Origin: Diplonema japonicum
Lineage: Eukaryota > Protista > Euglenozoa: Diplonemea
Assembly: GCA_964019335.1 (NCBI GenBank)
Contig: OZ025649.1
Span: 434,001-498,000, forward strand
Direction: 5' to 3'
DNA length: 64,000 nucleotides
A program made the position numbers and the translations under genes. This document shows positions 53,085 to 62,038 of this stretch, one piece after another. The notes beneath the pieces were generated by a model. The model did no database searches, was not told where the DNA came from, and worked only from the letters and a program-made list of their open reading frames with translations. Position 1 is the stretch's first letter, and every line of letters starts with the position of its first letter.

Positions 53085-56000
53085 GTTCTTATTTTTTGTG
53101 TTGTGAACGTGACGAACCTCCCAAATCAGCTGAACAGGGTCAAACTACAGGAGTTTGACGTGATTTGCCTGCAAGAGACCGCCCTTACGCAAGCGGGGCA
53201 ATGGATGATGGACAAGGAAGCGAAGCAAGACGTTTTCCTAAAAGAACACCGTCTCTTTTGGGGACCCCCACAACAAGGGAAGGTGTCAAAAGGTGCAGAA
53301 TCCCCCTCAATCGCCCAAAGAGGAGGCGTGGGAATTATGGTGAACAAGCAACTGACAGCTAAGAAGGAATCCTCCCTTTTCGAGGACCACAACACCAACT
53401 CGCGAAGGGTACATGTAAGAGTCGCGATTGGGAAACGTGACTGGTTACACATTATCACCCTCTACTGCCAGGTAAGCGACGGCTCCAGACACGCCAAGAG
53501 AAATAGGGAGGCGCTAATATCCGACACCCTACAGAGATCGGCTCAGCTGGGGGACGTTCCGGTCATTGTGACAGGAGACTTCAACACGACGATAATGGAC
53601 TCCCCGGTCCTCTCGCACGCCCTCTCTCAACATTGGACAGACGCTTCGAACAAAATATCGCGCCTACATGGAACACAAGCCCCTCCTACCTTCGTAACTG
53701 CAACAGCGAAGACGAGGCCAGACTACATCTTGGTGAACAAGACAGCTGCGATGGCGCTGACCGACTGCCAGACTCTGGACATTGGCGTACCCTCACACCG
53801 CGCACTAGTAATTAGAATCGATATGCCGAGATTCTACGAGCCCTCACTCCAGTACAGTATACCCAAGAAGATCATCCCTCTCCATGACTCCCGGAACCGC
53901 GCTCCGTACAGCGACATTCTCCCTACTTTGAGATCCCTGAAAGACAACGGGGACCTGGATGCAGCTTTCTTAGAGCTTTCTTCTGCTTGCGAGAAACACC
54001 TTTTGAGTGGAACGGCGCAGCTGGAGAATTCGATCTACTCTGGCAGAGGCGTGATTAATACCCCCAGCATGCGGAGGACGGCGGCTCCGTCTACGATGAC
54101 AGCATTTGGGGCAGTCTCTAAAAAGTACCTAACACTTGAGAAAATCCGGCAGAGTGCAGCCGCTATTGTGCGGAGAGTCCCACTGTTGAAAGACCCGGCC
54201 CTGCCGTATGACCTACGCAAGAGCTGGGACAATATTAAGGCAAAGGCAATTAAGATCCTACGGTTCCACCCGGAAACCTTCTCCGAGGGTAACATCGTCA
54301 AGGAAGCAGACCTGATTCGGGAGAACGTTACGGCACGACAACGGAACATGGACATCGCTTCGAAGATCCTGCGCAACGTGAAGGCACGGAGGGATCTGAA
54401 CTCGGGTTTCTCGGTGAACCGGAGCGCGATTATGCAATTTGTGACGGACAAGCCAAATAGAGAGCTAGTTGCAGCAAACACGAACGGTACCCTCTCGACC
54501 TCAGTCGAAGAGATAGACCAAGCCTTCAGGTCGGCATGGCGCCACATCTTCCGCAAATACGAGGACCACCCTGAGCCGAGTTTTGATTCTTTTGAGGAAA
54601 CTTTTGGGTCGCAGATCACCCACCACCCCATGGTCGACCTCGCGATCACGCTAGAAGACCTGCGAAGAGTGCTGAGTAAGAAGGAGAAACAGGAATGCGC
54701 TGGGATTGATGGATGGAGGCTCTGCGAACTCGCCCACTTACCAGATGCCCTGCTAGAGGGATTCATCTTCCTATACAACTGGATTGAGGATGAGGGACGA
54801 TGGCCAAAGGCAGTCCTGACCGCGCTTGTTACGATGATCCCGAAAGGAGAATCCGAAGAGCCGCTAGATCACAGACCTATTACTGTATCGAGCGCATTCT
54901 ATCGGCTCTGGGCTGGCGCACGACTACCAGCCATCCTCGAATGGCAAGAGGAGTGGATTACTCCGCTCCAATTCGGCTTCAGACCGGAACACAGCACAGA
55001 TGACCTCCTCGCGAAGGTCTGCACCAGTGTGGAGTTGGCAAAAGTATCTGGCAACCACCTTTGGGGTCTCTCGGTCGACTTCAAGAAATGCTTTGACTCT
55101 GTCCCCCACGCACTCACGTTCGAACTGGTCGATCGGTTAGGCCTAAGCCAGCTCATCCTGAGACCGATCAAGGCCATCTACTCTGACCTAATCCGCCGCC
55201 TACGTTTCCCCGTGGGAGTAGGTGCTCCATTCCGAACCACGAATGGAATACTCCAGGGATGCCCGATCTCGCCCGTTTTCATCAACGCAATCCTTGCCAT
55301 CTTCACCAAGAAATGTACGGCAAATCCAAGAAACGCACACCCAGTGTCATATGCAGACGACCTTAACTTCACGTCAATTACCTCGGAGGCCGCGGTTCAG
55401 CGTTCCGTAAATCTACTAGGCAGCCTTTGCAAGCTCACGGGGATGACCGTACACCCGAAGAAGACCAGGTCATTTGGAACGAAACCCAAATACCGGGGGA
55501 ATGTGAAGTTGAACGGAGAGACCTTTGCCACGACCAGTAGTCTGCAAATCTTAGGGGTACAAATCTACTTCCAGCCGAGCAGGAGGGATAACTCGAGGGT
55601 CCACAAAGCCCTGGCCGAAATAGAACGCCTCGCCTCAACTAGGCTATACCACGATCGCAAGGTACGGATCATCGCAGAGAACATCCTGCCATCCGCCTTC
55701 TACGGCATCCTGTTCGACCCGATCCCGGACTCTTGGCTGGAGAAATTGAAGAAGCGGATCACTCTTTGCGTCTGGGGTGCCCGCAACCCAATGCGCTCCT
55801 CCAGCGCCCTGCTGGGAATTGCCCATAAGGGACACACCCTGGACCCGTACTCTACTGCGATCTACAAGGCCATCTCTACTCTGGGACGACTTTGCACACG
55901 ACATTCGAACAAGTCCCTTTTCATATCATGCTGGGAAGCGTACAGGAGAGCAAGGGATCAAGGCTCTCCATCATTTCCGATGGGACCATTTGCCAATGCA

Positions 56001-57158
56001 GACCTATGGCTCCGAGAAATAGGGTCAAGGTGGAAGGACTTCCAGACGAAGATACGACCGCAAGGCAAACAGCTCCTGAAACACGAGATCAGGACGCTGC
56101 TGAAAGCCAAACTACGTGAGGATCTGGCCGAAGAGCGAGACACCTACCAGGGGGTCGAAACAGGCATTGACGAGGAGAAAACGAACTTCCTCCACAACGA
56201 GGTGACGACCACCAACCCACAGAAAGCAAGGAGGATACTTTGTGCCATTGCGGGCGCGATGCTTCCCCTACACCCCAGAGCTTACGGCGACATGAACGGC
56301 TCACATACGAAATGCCTGGGGTGTGGCACACCATATAACATTGGGAACGGGACCAGCTCCCTACTACAACATACGATCTGGCAATGCCCAGCGCACGCCG
56401 ACTGCAGAACGACCAACACTGACCGCATTCGGCTGGTGCAAGACCACGTCAGCTGGCCAAGCTGCGCCCGACTACACGGCATTATTACCTCTGATATGGA
56501 CATAAGCCTGACAAGTGTCAAGGAACTACACCTGATGTTTGCGGAAATTGCGGGGAAACTCGAGAGCCTGCACACCGAGAAGCAGGTCAGATACGACAAT
56601 CTGCACTTCTGGAAAAGACCATTCCAACCGGGAAACCTATTAGAACCGAAACCCCTCATTTGGTATCACAAGCACGGGCTGGGGAAGAAGTACTTCCCGG
56701 GGCTGATCCCGTTTGTCCTCAAATGGCTGAGTGCCCTGAAATGGGGCAAGGATGGAGGGCAAGTGTCCAAGGCGGAGCTTGCTGTCGACTTCATAGCAAC
56801 GGAGAGAATCCACATGGGTGGTGAAGACCTGGCATGCTGGGCTAGGAAAATCGGAAGAATCCTCAACGTCCTGGACAGGGCACACAGAACAGGAACGGGG
56901 AATCACCTGATTCCAGCAGAAACTAAGAAGTCAGTACACTCACTGCGTACCCTGGGGCTCCACAGCCATTCCATCATTGGATACTCCACTCGTCCGGTCT
57001 TCGCGTCCCCGAAGGCAACCCACCCGATCCTAGAGGAGCAACTGCGAACGCATTGCATCCTCAACAACTCGCTAGTCGGTTTCACGCCCAAGCTGCTGAT
57101 GAGATACTACGACGGGCCTAAGGCACTACCACGACAGAAGGGATCAAACACTAGATGA
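53085..57158 (+). CDS. Non-LTR retrotransposon polyprotein: APE endonuclease + reverse transcriptase + C-terminal zinc knuckle
   Basis: APE: NVxxL, CLQET, GGVGI, GDFN, PDYIL, PSHRAL. RT: GIDGW, RPITV, QFGFRP, DFKKCFDSV, GILQGCPISP, YADD. CxxC...HxxWxC knuckle. Frame is open from 53085 with no ATG before the APE start. Confidence 0.93.
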   Translation, partial: VLIFCVVNVTNLPNQLNRVKLQEFDVICLQETALTQAGQWMMDKEAKQDVFLKEHRLFWGPPQQGKVSKGAESPSIAQRGGVGIMVNKQLTAKKESSLFEDHNTNSRRVHVRVAIGKRDWLHIITLYCQVSDGSRHAKRNREALISDTLQRSAQLGDVPVIVTGDFNTTIMDSPVLSHALSQHWTDASNKISRLHGTQAPPTFVTATAKTRPDYILVNKTAAMALTDCQTLDIGVPSHRALVIRIDMPRFYEPSLQYSIPKKIIPLHDSRNRAPYSDILPTLRSLKDNGDLDAAFLELSSACEKHLLSGTAQLENSIYSGRGVINTPSMRRTAAPSTMTAFGAVSKKYLTLEKIRQSAAAIVRRVPLLKDPALPYDLRKSWDNIKAKAIKILRFHPETFSEGNIVKEADLIRENVTARQRNMDIASKILRNVKARRDLNSGFSVNRSAIMQFVTDKPNRELVAANTNGTLSTSVEEIDQAFRSAWRHIFRKYEDHPEPSFDSFEETFGSQITHHPMVDLAITLEDLRRVLSKKEKQECAGIDGWRLCELAHLPDALLEGFIFLYNWIEDEGRWPKAVLTALVTMIPKGESEEPLDHRPITVSSAFYRLWAGARLPAILEWQEEWITPLQFGFRPEHSTDDLLAKVCTSVELAKVSGNHLWGLSVDFKKCFDSVPHALTFELVDRLGLSQLILRPIKAIYSDLIRRLRFPVGVGAPFRTTNGILQGCPISPVFINAILAIFTKKCTANPRNAHPVSYADDLNFTSITSEAAVQRSVNLLGSLCKLTGMTVHPKKTRSFGTKPKYRGNVKLNGETFATTSSLQILGVQIYFQPSRRDNSRVHKALAEIERLASTRLYHDRKVRIIAENILPSAFYGILFDPIPDSWLEKLKKRITLCVWGARNPMRSSSALLGIAHKGHTLDPYSTAIYKAISTLGRLCTRHSNKSLFISCWEAYRRARDQGSPSFPMGPFANADLWLREIGSRWKDFQTKIRPQGKQLLKHEIRTLLKAKLREDLAEERDTYQGVETGIDEEKTNFLHNEVTTTNPQKARRILCAIAGAMLPLHPRAYGDMNGSHTKCLGCGTPYNIGNGTSSLLQHTIWQCPAHADCRTTNTDRIRLVQDHVSWPSCARLHGIITSDMDISLTSVKELHLMFAEIAGKLESLHTEKQVRYDNLHFWKRPFQPGNLLEPKPLIWYHKHGLGKKYFPGLIPFVLKWLSALKWGKDGGQVSKAELAVDFIATERIHMGGEDLACWARKIGRILNVLDRAHRTGTGNHLIPAETKKSVHSLRTLGLHSHSIIGYSTRPVFASPKATHPILEEQLRTHCILNNSLVGFTPKLLMRYYDGPKALPRQKGSNTR

Positions 57159-57423
57159 GTTGATTGTCGTTAGGCGATCCTGTCACATACTGCAGGTTCC
57201 CTTCAAAGACACCTTTTTTTCCCCCTCTAGGGTTACTCTATACGACATTTTGCTTCTCCGATTTACCCGCTCACGGATGACCTCCCCCCTGCCCTGGGTC
57301 ACGCGGGTGGTGCTCCCCTCTGGTACAACACCGAGCAGCTGCACAGCGTTCCCTCCGCCAGATCCTCTTTCCGCCCTTTTCTACAGCCGAAGGGGAAAAA
57401 AAGAAGAAAAAAAAGAAAAAAAA
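53085..57423 (+). mobile_element. APE-type non-LTR (LINE-like) retrotransposon; boundaries approximate
   Basis: Intact APE-RT ORF, a GC-rich structured 3' region (57159-57390) and an A-rich tract at about 57395-57423. No TSD identified. Confidence 0.75.
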
Positions 57424-57439
57424 GGGCCGTATACTTTAT

Positions 57440-58386
57440 ATGCCTTTTAAAGATGACCTGCTTGAAATATTTGAAGAGTACTCGAACTACGGCAGCAGCG
57501 GGTGTAAGAATGTGATCGATGGAACGAGGTTTGCACGGATGGTGAGGCAGCTGCTGCTAGTGGACGCGAACACACGGCTGGGTCTGCAGGACGCAGATAT
57601 CGCGTTCAGAAAGGTAGCGGGGAAGAAGAAGTACTTGGATTTTGATGAGTTTCTTGAAGTGTTGGATAATCTAGCAATGGTGGCGTTCCCCAAACTCGAT
57701 CCTGACAATGGAATAGATGTGTTGGCAGACTCTTTGGTGTACGTATATTTGAGTTCCAAGAACAGGCGTACAGTAATGTCAGCAGGAAAGAAGCCGGCAC
57801 CTCCCGGGCCGCCCCGTGACGTTTTGCCCCCATCAGCTTGCCCTCCTCCCTCCTACAATTCATTTCAAGAACCTTTCAATTTCGACGTCCCGCCTCTCCC
57901 TCCCCCTCCTTGGGGCCTTCCTTTCCCACCACCTTTTTCTGTGCCTGCATCTTTCCCGACACCAGTATCCGCACACAAACCAAAGCGGTCAGTATCCTTC
58001 ACTATTCCTGATGGGGTGTTTCCTAGCTTGGAATTTCTTCACCCATGTGAGTCTCCAAACACGACTCTTGAAGCGGAAGAGGATGAAAGGGAGTACGAGG
58101 AAGTCCTCAGTCGACCGGCCGTTCACATCCCACGGCCAGGGTACCACACGAACAGCACTTCAGCACCGACTTACAAGATAAATGTATGGGAAATTTTATT
58201 AACTTAACTTTTATTCTCGCCTTATTTTTATTGTTTTTTTTTCTTGTCTAACAGGCAGGCACAACGCGAACGGCACTTCTCGAGTCCGCACGGCACAGCG
58301 AGGCGATTAGGGAGGGCATGCACAGACTGAAGGAGATAGCGGTGAACAAGGACAGGTTGACACCGCGGACGACAAAGAGGATTTAA
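57440..58386 (+). CDS. p25-alpha/TPPP-like domain protein with Pro-rich region (2 exons)
   Basis: IDGTRFARMVRQ...DADIAFRKV...LDFDEFLEVL p25-alpha-like pattern. Intron 58184-58254. Confidence 0.65.
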
Positions 58387-58640
58387 TAAAAAGATAAAGT
58401 ACTGCCCCCCCCCCCCCCCCCCCCCCCCCCAGCTCTCTTGCAGAGCTTGCATGTGACATTGAGTTTACCCCCCCCCCCCCCTACTTTCCTTCTCTTAATA
58501 GATTACAGTAGATAACTTGTGTTTATTTCCCCCCCTTTTTTTTCGTACTCTCCTTTTTGTTTCTACGTTCCAACTTCCTATATTCTTTCTCACCCCCCAC
58601 TGTAAAAGTAAAAAAAAACAATTCGAAGGAAGGGTTGGAT

Positions 58641-59962
58641 ATGTCATGTAAACTACTTTTAGCAGTTGTAGGGTACGTGTTCCTAGTAGGCGGTGAGAGT
58701 GAGCTTGAAAGAGACAGATGGGAGGCGTGGGTGCTAGATACATCGAATGCAACAGATCCTCCTGTAGATGAGACTCCTGTTGGGAACGAGACGATGGTAC
58801 CAGACATGGCACCCTTCGATGATAATGAAACAGCAGCTCCGAGCACTGCCGCGCCAGATACGGAGGCGCCTCCAACGCCTTCCCCGCAGAAACTGTGTGG
58901 GTATGATGAACGTGTTCTTAAAAATATTTGTGTTCCCTGCGAAATCGGCTTGCTGAACGCACCTGGGGACGACCCTTCCGGCTCAAATACCAACTGCTCA
59001 GTGGGGAGCAGCTATGTCTTCGGCATCCTTGTCGTTAACACTACCGACAAGACCCCGCCCCCAGTCTTCGTCCCCTCTTCCAACCTCCTCCCGCTCATGT
59101 CGGAGTTCTTCCTAAGAAAAGACCCCACTTCACGGAACCTTACTTTCCGCCAGCTGTGTACATATGGGCAGGGCGACTTAAATGTCAAAGAATACCCTGG
59201 TACTTTCGAGTATGTAAAGGGGGAGGAAATTTTTTTTATTTCTTCGTAGTCGATGTGCCTTAACGGTGCCTGGTGAAGAACCCGTTGCTTGTGAGCAGGA
59301 TATATGCGACTATGTGGTATGAGATCTAAAGAAAAAGAAAAAAAAAAATCCCCCCTTTTTAGATCTGGTCAAGCATTAGAACGACCGATGACATTATGTT
59401 GCTACGGATACTGACTGACCCAAGCACGGACTGGAAGGCAATGGGGTTGAATGGTGCAGTTAGGTACTTAGATCACTTCCAGATGGTGTCAGGGAGCACG
59501 AAGGTGGTGACAGTGGACATCGAGAGAGACGCGGAATCCGACAGATCTGTGTTCAGGCAAATGGTTGCACAAGTAGCCGGTGTTCCCACAGCACAGGTTT
59601 CTATCTATAAGTTCGGGTTGCAAACATCATGGTTCCAAGTAGTCAACATCGACTCTGCCATTTCTAGCACCGTGGAACGCATCCTCAAGGACCACCTCAA
59701 CGCATCAAACTCTTGGATAGCCTCGTCCTTCAAAACAAAAAATTTCGCCTTACGGGAACCACTGTCGCTCACCACGAACTCTACTTCTAAAGATACACCT
59801 CTCTGGGGCATTATTCTTCTTTGTGTCATCGGGGGTATTTTCCTTCTGGCGGCTGTGGTGGCACTTGTCTTATTTTCCTCTTGCTTCGTGTCAGAAGACG
59901 AGAAAATGGAGACAATTGAATATTCGATTCGAGAAACTAAATACAGAACCACCATGGTTTAA
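58641..59962 (+). CDS. Type I transmembrane surface protein (3 exons)
   Basis: Signal peptide, TxAP mucin-like stretch, Cys module (CVPCEIG...GDDPSGSNTNC), C-terminal TM helix. Introns 59210-59249 and 59317-59362 join the two track ORFs. Confidence 0.75.
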
Positions 59963-60404
59963 AGTGAGCGGGGGGGGGGGGGGGGGGGGGGGAAGAAGAA
60001 ACAAAAATGAGGGAAAGAATAAATAAATAAAAAAAATAGACCTCCCCCTCCTTACTTCAATTTGTTATTTTAGACTTTTTTTTTTATATTCCTTTTTTTT
60101 TCCCCTTCTTTTTCTCGTTTTGTTTTTCAACTAGAACACGAAATATTATGAGAACAGAAGGCGGGGAGGGGGAAAGAAAAAAAAAGGTTTTTTTTTTTCC
60201 TGGTGTTTTTTTTTTTGTCCCCTTACCGCTCTCTCCTACTACTTAACTGTTGTTATATTCTTTTTTTTTTTGAAAAAAAAGAGAGGCGGAGGGGGGGACA
60301 GGGCGACAACACATAGAGAATAATACGTGATCTCTTTCTTTTTGAATCCCCCCCCCTCGTCGCTTGTTATTTTGTCCTGTCTATCTTCCTTCCAATGCAA
60401 GCAG

Positions 60405-60428
60405 TATATATATATATATATATATATA
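60405..60428. repeat. (TA)n microsatellite at the transposon left junction
   Basis: Uninterrupted tatata... run directly before CTGTAAAACG. Confidence 0.85.
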
Positions 60429-62026
60429 CTGTAAAACGAAAAACTCCCGGACGGAAAAATGTCCGAGTTTTTTTGGCGTCCGGGAATTTTTCCGTCCGGG
60501 AGTTTTTCCGTCCGGGAATTTTTTTTAGGTAAGGCCGTCAGGGGGCCTGGTCCACTACCACCTACATACTGGCCTGGGCTGCAAACGGCAACCGCGCGAA
60601 GAAACCCCCAGGGTTCCCTTTCTGCATCTTTGTCCTCCCTTGCTGCCCTGAGGCAATCAGCTTGTCGAGCCTTCGTGTGGCCTACTACCTTTCTTAATAG
60701 ATGCTTTACAGCTGCGTTCAACCCAATATCCATCGGTTGAACCCAAAAGCAATGTGCACGTTTGCGCCTGCGAACCACTCTACGAACCCATAGGCATAGG
60801 TCGTGTGAGAGTTGTGGTCGCCGACAAGCAGCAGAATCGGCGTTCGGCAAAACCATGGGAATCGATGATTTATAGCAAAAAGGAAGAAACAGCTCCGTAA
60901 CCCAGATACCGAGTATCATAATTAGCCCAATGATTGGGCGATGCCGTTAGGCTCCATTCGGTGGGCGGGTGCTTGACCGGGGCATCACCGGATAATCCCT
61001 GCCGGTTGCGTTTCCGCTTTGCCTTTGTATTTAACCATCCAGCCAAGGAAACAGCCAGCTGTTCGGTTATAGCCTGTTTTGTCCCCCAAGCCACGGACTT
61101 TTACGACCTTAGCACCCCTTTTTGTTTTGGTTTTTAACCCCGTATTCCAGACCAATTCCGGCCTTACTTTATGGGTGTCGATTATGGACCTGAATTCCAT
61201 GGTGAAACAGCGTGCCTTCTCGTTGTCCTTCTCGTTTCCGGGCTTTCCGGAGGTGGCTTGCGGCTTTTGTCTTTCTTGCTGCAAAGTTTTGTCAGCCTAG
61301 CCAGTGGAAAAGGACAGTGCCCCACCAAAGTCTACCAGGTCTGTCTTTCGGGCTGGATTGGCGCACAGCAGCCCTTCTGCATAGGTGCATATTTGTTGTG
61401 CTGGGATAGGCTCACCAAGCCCGTTTACCTATCGACTCAAGCAAAAATCTTTCAGCCCCCGAAGGATGCTAAATCCCGTATTGGGCGATACGCTGCTATC
61501 ACGGCGTCCAGGGTGTGGTAGGGTGGAATAGCAACGTCCAGTATTTCCGTCTGGAAGAAACCGGGGGCTCTGTTGAACCTGTTGCTGCCGTCTTCTGACC
61601 GAGGCAGAGGCCGCCAAGCTGCTTTCGGGGGTTTGTACTGGCCCGGTGTAAGGAGTTTATCTCGGGGGTGAGCTGGCCGGGGGTGTCAGCACCAAAGTTG
61701 GGCCCCTCACAAGCCAGCTGCTCGTAGTCGAACTGGTCAATCTGACGAAAGAAGTACGGGTTTATGAGAAGTTAAAGATCCCGTGGGTGCTGTTTGTTGG
61801 TGCATTGAAAGGGGAAGAAAAATTCAAACTGCCACGCAAGGTGACATTTTGGCTCTGCACAAGGAATAAAGCCCTTCCAGGCAAACGTGGTGGGAGCTGC
61901 TACCCCCCTTAAGTAAAAAAACTTCTTCCCAGAAAAACTCCCGGACGGAAAAATGTCCGGGTTTTTTTGGTGTCCGGGAGTTTTTCTGTCCGAGAATTTT
62001 TCCGTCCGACATTATTCGTTTTACAG
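60429..62026 (-). mobile_element. Degenerate pogo-like (Tc1/mariner superfamily) DNA transposon
   Basis: 12-bp TIRs CTGTAAAACGAA / TTCGTTTTACAG flanked by TA on both sides; subterminal CCGGACGGAAAAA-type repeats; internal transposase relics on the - strand. Confidence 0.85.
60640..61300 (-). pseudogene. Frameshifted DDE_1 (pogo/Tigger/Fot1-type) transposase fragments
   Basis: Three different frames carry, in order, VRPELVWN, SPNHWAN and VQPMDIGLNAAVK (cf. the DDE_1 QPLD..N..K motif). Confidence 0.7.
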
Positions 62027-62038
62027 TATATAAATAAA

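Noticed and set aside
51836-53106. Frameshifted ORF1 of the LINE or programmed frameshift
   Set aside because: Both frame breaks coincide with canonical GTATG..CAG introns that restore a single ORF.
3710-59362. Non-canonical introns or stop-codon reassignment
   Set aside because: All resolved gene breaks fit GT-AG introns, and TAA, TAG and TGA all occur as terminal stops.
60438-60530. CRISPR-like short repeats
   Set aside because: No unique spacers, eukaryotic context and no cas genes; they are transposon subterminal repeats.
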